NCBI GenBank assembly: GCA_016748015.1
Contig: JAAOMT010000419.1
Span: 65,562-114,658, forward strand
From: Geosiphon pyriformis uo1
Lineage: Eukaryota; Fungi; Glomeromycota
Direction of reading: 5' to 3'
Length of the DNA stretch: 49,097 nucleotides
Shown here: piece after piece, positions 36,574-49,097 of the stretch
How positions within the stretch are numbered: position 1 is the stretch's first letter
Layout of the letters: every line of letters begins with the position of its first letter
Program-made: the position numbers and the translations under genes
Notes under the pieces: model-generated
What the model saw: the letters and a program-made list of their open reading frames with translations, nothing else
What the model was told of the DNA's origin: nothing
Database searches by the model: none

Positions 36574-38069
36574 GATCTGAAGCAGAACGAGGAAAAAAAA
36601 TAGAACCAGAAAATCTTTGGGTGCCTTATTTCAAATCGAAATTCTAAAAACTTTATTACAGTTGAAATGAAATATTTTACAATTAAAACAAAGAAAAAAA
36701 AATTTTCCAAAAATTCTTTTTTCTCACGGGAATGAAGACCAGGCTAAAAGTATGTGTATACGCTCTTTTCACTCAATCAATCACCAAACGCGATAGGCTG
36801 GTATATATCCGTTATTTTGTGTGTATATAGTAAAAAAAACAAGAAAATTTCTCAGGCGTATCAAACGAGCCCTATATTTCTGTTTACGGGAACTTTAAAA
36901 TGTTTTCAGTTTATTTATCATTATTTTGTTGATGGTGATCAGTATCAATGTTCCGTTTAGAAGAAAATAATTTTTTGAATTTGGTACGAAAATTAAATGG
37001 TGAAGTTAATTCACCTCCCATAATTTTTGCCCACTTGCAGCCACTCGTTCCAACGAAATTTTCTTGAAACACTTTTTTAGTTGAAGATTATATAGGTTTA
37101 TGCATAGCGAGACCCTTATTTTGTGTTGCTGTTTCATTTCGAATGCGAGAAGCTGATCAAAAGTTTAGTATGAAGCTTGAAATAATTATGCCATAGAAAA
37201 TTCTCTTTTGGCTACGAAGCCCGGGATTTAACTCAGGTTTATGCAAAAGATCTCCCATTGATGCCGTATAATACTTGTTAATAATAATATACTTTATATG
37301 GGATGTGAAACACGAATTTAGGTAAACTTCCCAAAGATTTGGTAAAGAATTACGATCGGTTATTTTCAAAAAGTTAACGTCCGAAGTTTTTTTTATTGAT
37401 CATTGGAATAATATTTAGGAATTTAGGAGAATTATCGTACACGTTTAGTACTTATTGGAATAAAAGTTTATTAAAAAAAAATTGGCTTATTTCCAAAGAT
37501 TAAAAAAGTAAATAAATAAAATAAATCATCCTATTCCCATTTTATTGATTGCTTTATAATATCAACATTTTTAATTCCCGATTTTGTTTATGATTAATCA
37601 AAAAGAAAATATTTTAATTTCAGTTGCACAGAGCTTCTAATTTTGATGAATGAATAGGGAATCCTAAAATATTGAACCAGTAGATTTTTAAAATGAAATA
37701 TTTTGTATTCTAATTTGAAAGTTTAAAAATCTTGGCCTTAGTACCTTTATAAATTATTTTAATCAATATTTTTTTCACCATGAAACATTATAATTATTTA
37801 ATTTTTAAAATGAGGTAATTTATTTTTATATAATTTATAATAGCTTTGTTTAACTTAAGATCAAAAATGCAATGTAGTTTAAAATTATTTTTGGCGTGGA
37901 AAATTTTATGTTCAAAATTTGAGTTTTAAAACCTTAAATTTGTGTAATTATTAAACTTTGAAAATCGTTATAATTTTGGAATGAAGCTTAGTAACTAAAG
38001 TTAATTTTTTACTTTTTAATTATATTAATAATTAGAAATTTATTTAGCCAAAGTTTTTTAAATTTAATA

Positions 38070-38072
<3 letters not shown>

Positions 38073-38122
<50 letters not shown>
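38073..38122. repeat. (TTA)n microsatellite
   Basis: Direct trinucleotide run. Confidence 0.9.
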
Positions 38123-38124
<2 letters not shown>

Positions 38125-38409
38125 CTAGATCTTATCAATAACAGCAACAAATAATTGATCATTATTTTAATTTGTTAATTAATTAATACTAATGATTAAT
38201 ATTATAATATCTTTGATTGTTATTTTTCAAGAAAATTTTTTATTAACTTAAATATTTATTTATTTTGAATTTAATAAAAATCTTTTTTCAAAAATTTATA
38301 TCAAGTAAATAATAATTAATCTTTCAAAGTTAAAAATATAAAAATATTTAGATTAATCACAGTAATAAATTACTGAATATCAATAAAATAAAACATGTTC
38401 ATGGTAACT

Positions 38410-38718
38410 GAATAGCTTGAAATGTGTAGTTTGAGCTCAAGTGTTTTATTTATATAACCATCTATCTGAATCTTTATAGACACAAAACAGTAAATTGAAA
38501 AATTTAGCTACACTAATTCAATAATAAAATATCATAGCCTTGAAATTCGTAATTCAAAAATAATCTTAAATTCTTATTAATACAAAAAACTATGTTATAA
38601 AGCTAAGTAATTTATCAAGCAACGAAAATAAATTTTTACAAATTTTAAATGAATTGGCTAATGAAGGATCGTTAGGTAAGGTTACATTCAATTAAAGCAT
38701 GTCGATAGCATAATAGTA

Positions 38719-38750
<32 letters not shown>

Positions 38751-38850
38751 TATTATTATTAAAGATTCTATTTTTAGGAAGTAAATAAAACACAGTTATT
38801 TTTTTGACTATTGCATACAAAATATCATCTTTATATGCAAAATATCTAAA
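38410..38850 (+). repeat. Dispersed non-coding repeat, paralog at ~47445-47850
   Basis: Shared blocks AAATGTGTAGTTTGAG.TCAAGTGTTTTATTTATATAA, GTTACATTCAATTAAA and TTTATATGCAAA. Confidence 0.8.
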
Positions 38851-39334
38851 TTATGAGGTGTAAAACTAAGATATTAATTATAAGTAACTTATTAAATATT
38901 TCTCTTTTTAAGTTTATAATTTTATCGAAAAGAAAACTCAAAACGGTATTTAGAATATAATCTTTATCTCTTAATACTAATGTCATTTAAAATATTTTTT
39001 TAAGATCTCTATTATTTTTTTCATTTCTATCTAAGATGAATTTCATAATTTCTTCTTATCAACCATTAATAAAATAAAAGATTAAACTATTGTATCAAAA
39101 TAAAACAAGTTTTTTCATTTTAATTTTCTATCTATTGAAACGTGTTTGCAGAATTCAAAATTTGAATTAACTTATACCGTGTGACGAATAGCAGGTCTAT
39201 TTACCGTTGCGGTTACTATTAGGGCCACCATTGTTTTGGTTACCATTTCTGTTACCGATTATGGTGTTTCCTTTCCCGTTTTCATTATAGTTGCTTTTCG
39301 AGTTACCATTGTGTTTTTGTTACTCTTAAAGTTA

Positions 39335-39610
39335 ACCCTTTAAGCAATATCTAAATATGAATGAATAAAAATTCAAAAAATAAAGGCTTTTGAATAACAG
39401 GAACAATTAATGTGGCATTAGATCAAGATTTTTTTTTTACCTAAACTTGTCTTGACAAAAATTAAGTTTGCTAATTGGCCACTAAATCTACTATTCCATT
39501 GAATAGTATAATAAATACTAAGCATTACAAAAAAAATTCTTTAAAAACGATTAAATCTCTTTTTTTATAGATAAATCGGTGTACCTCCGCTAAATTGTAG
39601 GCTAGCAGGT
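39335..39610 (+). repeat. Dispersed non-coding repeat, paralog at ~48445-48672
   Basis: Shared ACCCTTTAAGCAATATCTAAATATGAATGAA ... TTTTTTATAGATAAATCGGTGT ... TAAATTGTAGGCTA. Confidence 0.8.
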
Positions 39611-40599
39611 AAAATTCACATTTTCTATTTAAGGTTACAATTGCCGCGTAGGTTGTAAAAATAATTAAGAAATTGTTTCACTAAGTCTGAGTAATAAGTT
39701 AATAAATAACAGATAAAAAAATTATTGAAAATCATCAAAAAAGAATTCAATTAAAAGAGCAAATTGAATTTATATGGATTTAAAAAATGTAATTAGTCTT
39801 AAAATTACAATTACTTAATTTTTCTGAATAATTTGAAAGTAAAGAAATAATTCACAATTTTAATAAGATAACATTACTGCTATTATTTTATGCTTTACTT
39901 AAATGATTCTTAGAATTAATAACAGATATTATTATACTTTTAATTATTTCTTTATTTAATAAATTATAAAAGGAAAAAAATAATTTCTTAAAGCTAATTC
40001 TAACAATACAAATCAAAAAAAGAAAAGATAAAAATATTTAAAAATAAGAAATAAAGAATAAACAATAAAACATAATAGAATTTAATAAATAATTACTTTT
40101 TTTATTGAACTTGATTTTTGATTTTATGCTTGATGTTTTTTCTATAATTAAAAAATTTATTGCTCACATAGTTGTTAAAAGAAGTCAAATAATCAGATTA
40201 AGAACAAAGTTACTAGCTAGGTTAGTAAGCAAGTTAATTAAATTAATAATCATATAAATAATTAAATTAAATAATCTATCTAAAAATAAGATGGCTAATT
40301 ATATAATATTAAATAATTAATTTATGTAATAACTAATAGAAGCTATAAGTTTTAGCCATAAAATTAGTTTTTTCAAAGAGATTTAAGCTTTTATAAAATC
40401 AGATTATCTATTAAACTGTGTTTTTTTTGCTAATAATAAAATATATAAAAATTGAAGTAAAATAAGCTTCAAAATCAAAAACCAAATCTTTATGGTTCTT
40501 TAAAATTCTTGAAACATCCAATTATATAATGTTAAGAATTTTTGTTTGTATTTCTAAAGTCATTTTTTAAGAATTTTATGTATTTTATAAATTTTTACC

Positions 40600-41978
40600 A
40601 AATTCTATAATGCACCTGTTGTAGAATTGTCGTTGTTGTCATTAAGAATCGGGAATTGGAAATTGTCGTATCAATTCAGCTCAGGATCTAAATATTTTAC
40701 TCTTTTTGGCTCAAGGGTAAATTCAGATCTGATGTGAGCTTTTTTGGGAAATGAGGCAAGACAGCCAGCAAATTTATATTTTGTTAGGCTCCTTCTCTGT
40801 TAAACAATGTTTTAAGAGTCATTCCATCTTAACATAGGCAAGTTCTATTTATTTCAGCTTCTGTCATATAAGGAGCAGTAACAAGAAACTTATTATACTT
40901 AAATACAGTTTCTGCTATAACAACCATTTCATCTTTATTCCTAGTTTGTGTCAATACTTTCTAAACCTATCAGGAAGATATCTTGGAAAATTTTCATCAA
41001 ATGTTGTGCCTTAATAAATTGTTATCATCTTCTATGTGAAAAAATTAAAAACTTACAATGATTCTAGTATCTGTCTAGACATTTTTTGAAGCTTCTCGGA
41101 GTTATCTAACCATTTCCTATATTCAACATTATTCAAATTATCATCCACATTATTTTTAATTTTTCATTATGGATGCACTCTTTACAAATATTCAGGACCT
41201 CTGCTGAGGATCAGTGAACAAAGCAAGACAAAACTAATTGCAGAAAAGACTACTCCTACATCGATGACACAATGTTCTTTTGTGTTAAAGGAACTTGGCA
41301 GCTGTTCCTAGATATAGAGCTTTGTGTTTTTTACAATGCCTTTTGCAATCAGATCGCCTATAATTGCAGCTCCATGTTGAATCTGCTTATTGGAACTATC
41401 TTTGAGGACAAGCTCCAATAAAGACACGTTGATAGATGGTGCAGGCAGAGACGTGCTGGTAGATTGGAGGTCTGTGAAGAGAGACCAGCCTACAACAGAC
41501 CAGGTAAGCATTATGGATAAATGCCTACCCCTTTGTGGTTGCTCTTCATTGTGGTGATTCCTCATCTCCTCAAGGATTCGCCTGTAAGACAGGAGTGTAG
41601 CAGCAACAGGCGACACGAATAGTAGGATTTCATGTGGTGGGTCGTTGGAAGGTATTTGTGGGCTGTTGGAGGAGAAAGTTGAGGGTTCCTCGGCCGACGA
41701 TTGGTTTTTTTGAAGTTTCAATGCATCTCGCATTAAAACTGCTGCTCTACTTGGCATTGAAATGGCTTTAAATTCTGAACTAAAATTTCTAGGTCAGAAT
41801 TTAAAGCCTGATGCAACATCTCTATTGTCGCATTTTCATGTTGCTGCAAGTAGTAAGTGTCCCAGTTATCGGTATGCCCCCACTTGTGCACCGCATGCTC
41901 CCAATAATCATGGTAGGCAACTTTAGCTAAAGTTGCTTCCGGTAATCCACCTCTTGGCATTTTTGTTTTTTTTGTCAT
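40600..41978 (-). pseudogene. Disrupted gene of unknown function
   Basis: Overlapping ORFs 41733-41978 and 41308-41757 (frameshift), followed by stop-broken coding-like sequence. No family recognised. Confidence 0.4.
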
Positions 41979-42692
41979 AGAATTGGATTATGTCAAGAAA
42001 GTTTAAAAAACAAAAATTTACTTTTGCGATTTAAATATTCGTTTATAATCAGAAACACCGTAAAATAATTTTTAACGCCTCTCTGATTATAAATCATAAA
42101 CAAAATTATAAATATAAACAAAAAACATTGTTTATAATTATGATATTAAGTTTTCTGTATAATCAGAGACGCATTAAATTATAAATCATATGTTTTTTGT
42201 TTATTTTATCAAGTTTTTTTTATTTTAACAAAATATATTAATACATTATCAATAATAACTAAATAAAAAAACAAAATTTACAGAAAAAATACCCTATATT
42301 TTATTTCACTACAAATTTTTATTAAATAAATAAAAAATGAAAACGATGCTAATATATTTTATGGCTCCTACTAATATCTCTTCATTTTGTATATGCAGGA
42401 AACGATTCTAGCTCTATTGGACTCGAGTAATAGTGAACACCAAATTTGCCTTAATGTTTGGAGGCGCTTTCGATTGTATTTTGTTATTGCTTTCGGCTAT
42501 GAAATATGAACACCATGTTCTTTATGCTGCGGCCATTTATATTATTCAGTCTAGTGTATTACGAGATATGGACGCCATATTCTTAATGATTGTGCCTGCT
42601 GCGACCATTTATTTTGTCCTCTTATAAGACTTTTTAGGCAAGGGGGAAGGACTGACTTAAATGTTGATCCCACGGTTTAAGGTGGATGTGAT

Positions 42693-45262
42693 TCGTCATG
42701 ATTTGATTCAGCCAATTATAGGATTTGAAATCATATGACTCAATCCACTAAACGTGATTCTATCGTTCTTTTTCTCAATGCCAGTTAAACAATATATACA
42801 CTAGTTTAGAACTTTTAAACTAAATTAGTAGTTACCTCTCTCTCTCACTTACCCCTCTCTCTCACTTACCCCTCTCTCTCACTTACCCTCTCTATCACTT
42901 ACCCCTCTCTCTCACTTACCCCTCTCTCTCACCTATCCTTCTCTCTCACTTACCCCTCTCTTTCACCTATCCTTCTCTCTCACTTACCCTTCTCTCTCAC
43001 TTACCCCCTCTCACTTACCCCTCTCTCTCACCTATCCTTCTCTTTCACTTACCCTTCTCTCTCATTTACCCTTCTCTTTAACTTACCTCTCTCTCAAACT
43101 TACCCACCAAACTAAGAAGTCGATGTTCAAGTTGTTGAGCATTCGAACGAGAGTTAAAGGTCAGTATCTTTTCACATTTTTCAGAGGATGTGAGCACTTA
43201 CTATGTTTTGATCAGACATATGCGCACACATTGTGGTAGGAAAATGGTCTGAGATTCGTGCTTATAAGCTTCGCGCTATAAGCTTCGTGCTCGGGAAAGT
43301 GGAAAATGCTTAAAGAAATTAGTGAAGGTGATTCTCCCTATGCTATCAGGATAGGGAAGAAGAGTCGTCCAGGTTTTATGTTCACCATGACATGCACATT
43401 TTCGCTTCACAGCATTTGTGCTATACCTCATTCTAATAGTATGGGGAAGAAAAATGTCTGGGTCTTAACTTCTCTGTGGCGTTCACTTTTGCTTTTCTTG
43501 GCATGAGATGTATCCCGTGACTACTGGTCAAGTGGGAGGCAATCCAGACTAGCATATGCTTTCTGTGGTTCGCGCTGTCTCATATTGGCTCAATATTTTA
43601 TTGATCTTCTTTTCATACCATTCTAGACTCAAAGCGAAAAGCCGAACAACTGTCAACTACCTTGCTTTAGTGAACCAAACGCGATCAACTCCTTGTTATT
43701 TATTGCCTCCTTTTGCTTCACCGCTATCACTTTCCACGGATTTATCGTTCCTTTTCTCAATGCCAGTTAAACAATATATAAACTAGCTTAGTACTTTTTA
43801 ACTAAACTAGTAGTTACCTCTCTCTCTCACTTACTCCTCTCTCTCAACTATCCTTCTCTTTCACTTACCCTTCTCTTTCACTTACCCTTCTCTCTCACCT
43901 ACCCTTTTCTTTCACTTACCCCTCTCTTTCACTTACACACCAAACCAAGAAGTCGATGTACAAGTCGTTGAGCATTGGAACGAGAGTTAAAGGTCAGTAT
44001 CTTTTCACATTTTTCAGAGGATGTGAGCACCTACTGTGTTTTGATCAGACATATGCGCACACATTGTGGTAGGAAAATGGTCTGAGATTCGTGCTTATAA
44101 GCTTCGCGCTATAAGCTTCGTGCTCGGGAAAGTGGAAAATGCTTAAAGAAATTAGCGAAGGTGATTCTCCCTATACTATCAGGATAGAGAAGAAGAGTCG
44201 TCCAGGTTTTATGTTCACCATGACATGCACATTTTCGCTTCACAGCATTTGTGCTATACCTCATTCTAATAGTATGGGGAAGAAGAATGTCTGGGTCTTA
44301 ACTTCTCTGTGGCGTTCACTTTTGCTTTTCTTGGCATGAGATGTATCCCGTGACTACTGGTCAAGTGGGAGGCAATCCAGACTAGCATATGCTTTCTGTG
44401 GTTCGCGCTGTCTCGTATTGGCTCAATATTTTATTGATCTTCTTTTCATACCATTCTAGACTCAAAGCGAAAAGCCGAACAACTGTCAACTACCTTGTTT
44501 TAGTGAACCAAACGCGATCAACTCCTTGTTATTTATTGCCTCCTTTTGCTTCACCGCTATCACTTTCCACGGATTTATCGTTCCTTTTCTCAATGCCAGT
44601 TAAACAATATATAAACTAGCTTAGAGCTTTTAAACTAAACTAGTAGTTACCCCTCTCTCTCACTTACCCTTCTCTTTCACTTATCCCTCTCTCTCATTTA
44701 CCCACCAAACCAAGAAGTCGATGTTCAACTCGTTGAGCATTGGAACGAGAGCTAAAGGTCAGTATCTTTTCACATTTTTCAGAGGATGTGAGCACCTATT
44801 ATGTTTTGATCAGACATATGCGCACACATTGTGGTAGGAAAATGGTCTGAGATTCGTGCTTATAAGCTTCGCGCTATAAGCTTCGTGCTCGGGAAAGTGG
44901 AAAATGCTTAAAGAAATTAGTGAAGGTGATTCTCTCTATACTGATAGGATAGGGAAGAAGAGTCGTCCAGGTTTTATGTTCACCATGACATGCACATTTT
45001 TGTTTCACAGCAATTGTGCTATACCTCATTCTAATAGTATGGGGAAGAAGAATGTCTGGGTCTTTACTTCTCTGTGGCGTTCACTTTTGCTTTTCTTGGC
45101 ATGAGATGTATCCCGTGACTACTGGTCAAGTGGGAGGCAATCCAGACTAGCATATGCTTTCTGTGGTTCGCGCTGTCTCATATTGGCTCAATATTTTATT
45201 GATCTACTTTTTATACTATTCTAGACTCAAAGCTTAAAGCCAAACAACTGTCAGTTAAGGAA
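42693..45262 (+). repeat. Head-to-tail trimer of the cassette (C ~42693-43654, D ~43655-44487, E ~44488-45262)
   Basis: Homologous positions 43306, 44139 and 44904 give periods of 833 and 765 bp. The difference is accounted for by minisatellite copy number. Confidence 0.95.
42836..43105 (+). repeat. 17-bp minisatellite (C/T)TCTCT(C/T)TCACTTACCC, ~16 units
   Basis: Counted by eye; ~7 units at 43818-43938, 3 units at 44650-44703, and 1 unit in copies A and B. Confidence 0.95.
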
Positions 45263-45406
45263 CTTTCTGTTTTTCTTATTTTAAATATTATTCTATCGAA
45301 TCATTACTTTAAATCGGTAACTTTTTAAAAATACAATATTAATATAACGCTAGAAACAATCTATTCATGCAATTATCCTTTCGACTATTCAATTTAAATA
45401 TCAATT

Positions 45407-46695
45407 TTATACATGTATCCTACGAATTACCTTTCGATTTACCCCGCCAGTAGCTATTGTAAAATTTCCCCCACTTAAATTCCAGTTCTCAAACAATTCA
45501 ACCATATCACTATTATTTCCTTGTTCGATCGGATGAAAGATAACAGGTGTACATGTGTGGCCTCAAAAATTACCACCAGGTCATCATCATCCAGTTCAAA
45601 TTCATCTGATTTTGCTTGTCACCTTGGGAAATCAAATTCATGATCTGATGTAAAATTTGATCCTCAGTATAGGCTTTCTTCACCACCTTGCATATTTGGT
45701 ATACTATACAAGGTTAATGGATAAGGTCTTGTTGAAAAAGTTTGATCAGTTGTTGGTATTGGGCCACATGGTAATATGAGTATTTGGGTGATTTCAAAAG
45801 AGGCTCGTGGTCTAAAATTTTGATTGTGGCAAAGCCAAAGACAAAAAAATATTAAGCTAATAGCTATAACTGTAATTAGAACTGAAATAAATACAATAAA
45901 CCAGGTTGACAATCGTGACTTAGATGATACTTGGTTTCGATTCGATATCTAGATTGTTTATTTTTAGCAGTCTGAAATTGTTGGAGGGAATATTAGTTAT
46001 AATTTTGTGTTCTTGAGTAAAATTATGAAATGCTACATTAAAAACCCGGAGTGTGTTCAGAGTATTGCCACATGCTGATGACATTTTGTAACTGGCATCT
46101 ACCATAAATCTAAGGATTAATCGAATTGGGTATAACTTTTTTTCAAGAAATTTATTTATTCAACTAACCACACTTCAAAAAATGGCAGAATTTTCACTTA
46201 TAAAAAATGTGTCCGATCTAGAAAACTAAGCAAATAAAGCGCCAGACCTTGGTTTCATTCTAGCAAACAAATTATTTGGCTATAGTTGCAGTGTGGCTAT
46301 ATTTACAGGGAAAAGATTAACAGGCGGATATCTAGCTTGTTAATTATATACGAGATAAAAAATAAGATTGTTTCTTACACTAGCAGCACCATCTCAAACA
46401 ACATATGGTAATTTAACATTCGGGGAAACCTATTTGTTTCTTCGATTTTAAGTATATATTTCACGTGAGATTTCTAAATTAGGATTTATTTGGAAAGTAG
46501 TCCTCTAATTGCCACAAATCGTCTTTAGCCGAGATTATTATTCTACTTCTTGGTGCATTAATGAATTCCTGCGAAATTTATATCAGTTGGAAGTATATTT
46601 AAGATGAGTAGTTTTTAAACAATCTTATTATCCGCCACAAAAGATTTTCAGAAGAAACTCATGCTTTTTTGTGCCTCGCTCCAAGTTCATGGAAT
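45407..46695 (-). pseudogene. 5'-truncated, mutated duplicate of the kelch membrane-protein gene
   Basis: Colinear with 34325-35715 including both introns; has stops, deletions and many C>T/G>A changes. Confidence 0.92.
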
Positions 46696-48674
46696 ACATT
46701 TCCATCATAGTTTTCATAGCATTCCATCAAACAAACCAACAAACAATAATTTTAAATTTTATAAAAAACTTTGTGATAAACAAACCTGCAATAGCACTAT
46801 ATTTACGAAAAAATAATTTAAAAATTTATTACTGCCCCACGTTTTATAATAATAGGTACAAAAATTGAAAGCTCAAAAATTGAATACCTGGCACTTTTGC
46901 AAAAGTCTTGGTTTCAAACTTTTTGAGACAAATGTAAATCATTAAAGATAGACACTCAATGATTTAGGCTAGTTTAGCTTATGTTACATAAATAATTTAA
47001 TGCTTTGTGAAGAAACAGTTGAAGTCTTTCAGGATTTTTTATGTGAAAAGGGAATTTATGAAATGCTAACATGAATGCATATCTCGTATAATTTTGAAAT
47101 TTTTTGGTAATTCTGTTCGACTTCTTTCCTGTGTCTTATCCTGATTAAAATTTTTTTAACTCTTTCCAAGCAAAAATTAAATGACATGAATATTCATCTT
47201 ACATTTAAATAATTTCAATTTTCTCCTATACTTGGCTTTAATATGAATATGAAATGTTTTAAAGATGCATAATTTTATAATTTTTGGAAAAATCGTAAGA
47301 AGATATTGGTTAAAGTTTAAGCATTCAAACTTCTTTTTTATTTCAATTCTAAATATTTTTTATTGATAAAGCTTTGAGCTTTTATTAATTTTTAAAAAAT
47401 TCATTTTGGTTTCATTTCTTATCAACTTTTATAATCTCTAATTTTAAAATGTGTAGTTTGAGTTCAAGTGTTTTATTTATATAATTATTTATCTGAATTT
47501 GTATAGACAGAAAACAGTAAATTAATTTTATTTGAAAATTCAGCTACACTAATTCAATAAAAAAATATCATTATTATAATAAACTTGAAATTCTGTTTCA
47601 TAAATAATCTTAAATGCTGGTAAATAAAAAACCTTTGCTATAAAACTAAGTAATTCATCAAGTAACGACATTATTCACGAAAGTAAAAATTCTACAAATC
47701 TTTAAAATGTTCAAATTTATATGAAATTGGCGAATGCAGGATTGTTACATTCAATTAAATCATGTCGATATTTATTATTAGGAAGTAAATAAAAGCATAG
47801 TTGTTTTTTTACTATTGAATACAAGATATCGCTTTTATATGCAAATATTATTACTTAAGGTTAATAATATTTTTCTAATTACAATGAGATCCCTGTTTTG
47901 ACGTATTTATTAGAAAATTGCTAAAGGGAAAGGAAACTAGCCAAAGTTCAAGTAATTTCATTGTGTGAAAATCCAATATATTTGAGATGGACACCATATA
48001 AATATAACTAAAGATTTTGAATTTTTCAGTATTTAATATTCCAGAAATAATCTTTTCAGGGTCTAATACTTAAAGGTTCAATTTTTTCTCAAGGCTAATT
48101 TGTTATAAAAAATAATGAGATTTAAGGAAACAAAACTTCATTCATTTATAAAGAAATCTAGTCTATCAAATCCATCTAATTAAGTGTGTTAGGAGATTTT
48201 GATTCTAAATATTCAAATATTGCATATCCAAAAATTTTTTGAGGGACAATTTAGCAAAAGGTATTGAAAGAAATTATAGAATACAGATCTCAGTGCGTCT
48301 TTGGAAAAGAATGGTCAAAAATTTGTGACACGATTTCTTAATTCTTTTAACGGCCTACACGACAATTGTCACCTTAAATCGTCATTACTTAAATTTATTT
48401 TCAAATTTATAGAGGCAATTTTATACATTGATGGAAAAAAATTTTACCCTTTAAGCAATATCTAAATATGAATGAAAAAAAAATTCAAAAAATAAAGCCC
48501 TAGATCAAAGATTTTTTATAAATAAACCTGTCTTGACAAAAATTTAATTTGGCAATTGGTCACTAAAACTACTATTTCATTGAATAGTATAATAAATGCT
48601 AGTATTACAAAAAAAAATTCTTTTTATAGATAAATCGGTGTGCTTCTCCTAAATTGTAGGCTAATAGGGATAAT

Positions 48675-48694
48675 NNNNNNNNNNNNNNNNNNNN
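48675..48694. other. Assembly gap (20 N)
   Basis: Run of N. Confidence 1.
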
Positions 48695-49097
48695 CCAAAG
48701 ACCGAAAAATATTAAGCTGATAGCTATAGCCGTAACTAGAACTGAAATAAATACGATTAGCCAGGTTGGCAATCGTGACTTGGATGATACTTGGTCTTGA
48801 TTTGATGGTTCTCCAGATATACCGATTTCTTGATTCCGAATATTTGGATCTAATTCGTCATTTTCTGCGTTCATATCCAGATTGTTTATTTTTAGCAGTT
48901 TGAAATCGTTGGAAGGAATATTAGTTACAATTTTGTGTTCTTGAGTCAAATTACGAAATGTCATATTGAAAACTTGAAGTGTGTCCAGGGTATTGCCACA
49001 TGCTGGTGACATATCTTGTAACGGGCATCCACCATAAATTTAGGGATTAATATAATTGGGCATAACTTTTTTCAAAAAATGGCAGAATTTTTACTTA
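48695..49097 (-). CDS. Third, partial copy of the kelch membrane-protein gene (exon 3 start and shortened intron 2)
   Basis: Near-identical peptide IYGGCPLQDMSPACG...IFFGLW in an open frame; cut by the N gap and the window edge. Confidence 0.8.

Noticed and set aside
42433-42627. 64-aa hydrophobic ORF
   Set aside because: GTG start in a eukaryote and no recognisable family; at most an orphan exon fragment.
42836-43105. Minisatellite as a CRISPR array, telomeric repeat or telomerase template
   Set aside because: No unique spacers and no cas genes. The unit is not TTAGGG-like, is internal, and no CTAACCCT-type template is present.
48605-48694. C-terminus of ORF 48605..49012
   Set aside because: It reads through the N gap into unrelated repeat sequence, so it is an artefact.

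Overview
Eukaryotic, very AT-rich fungal DNA. The short GT-AG introns, the BTB-BACK-TLDc gene, the TKL-type kinase and the LINE/Gypsy families resemble Glomeromycota (Geosiphon-like); this assignment is an inference. Bases 1-22.7 kb are a nested transposon graveyard: one nearly intact minus-strand LINE interrupted by an LTR, plus further LINE and Gypsy-like copies eroded by heavy C>T/G>A mutation. Bases 24-36.6 kb hold three intron-containing host genes: BTB-TLDc, a myristoylation-motif (pseudo)kinase, and a kelch-propeller single-pass membrane protein with two further partial copies. The most unusual object is an ~0.8-kb cassette with no credible ORF, present five times (an inverted pair at 31.7-34.2 kb and a head-to-tail trimer at 42.7-45.3 kb). 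Each copy has a TATA-like box (a CCAAT-like word upstream in some copies), a 17-bp ACTTACC minisatellite of variable copy number, and an ~500-nt hairpin-rich body with partial RNase P RNA-like motifs. All folds and alignments were done by eye.
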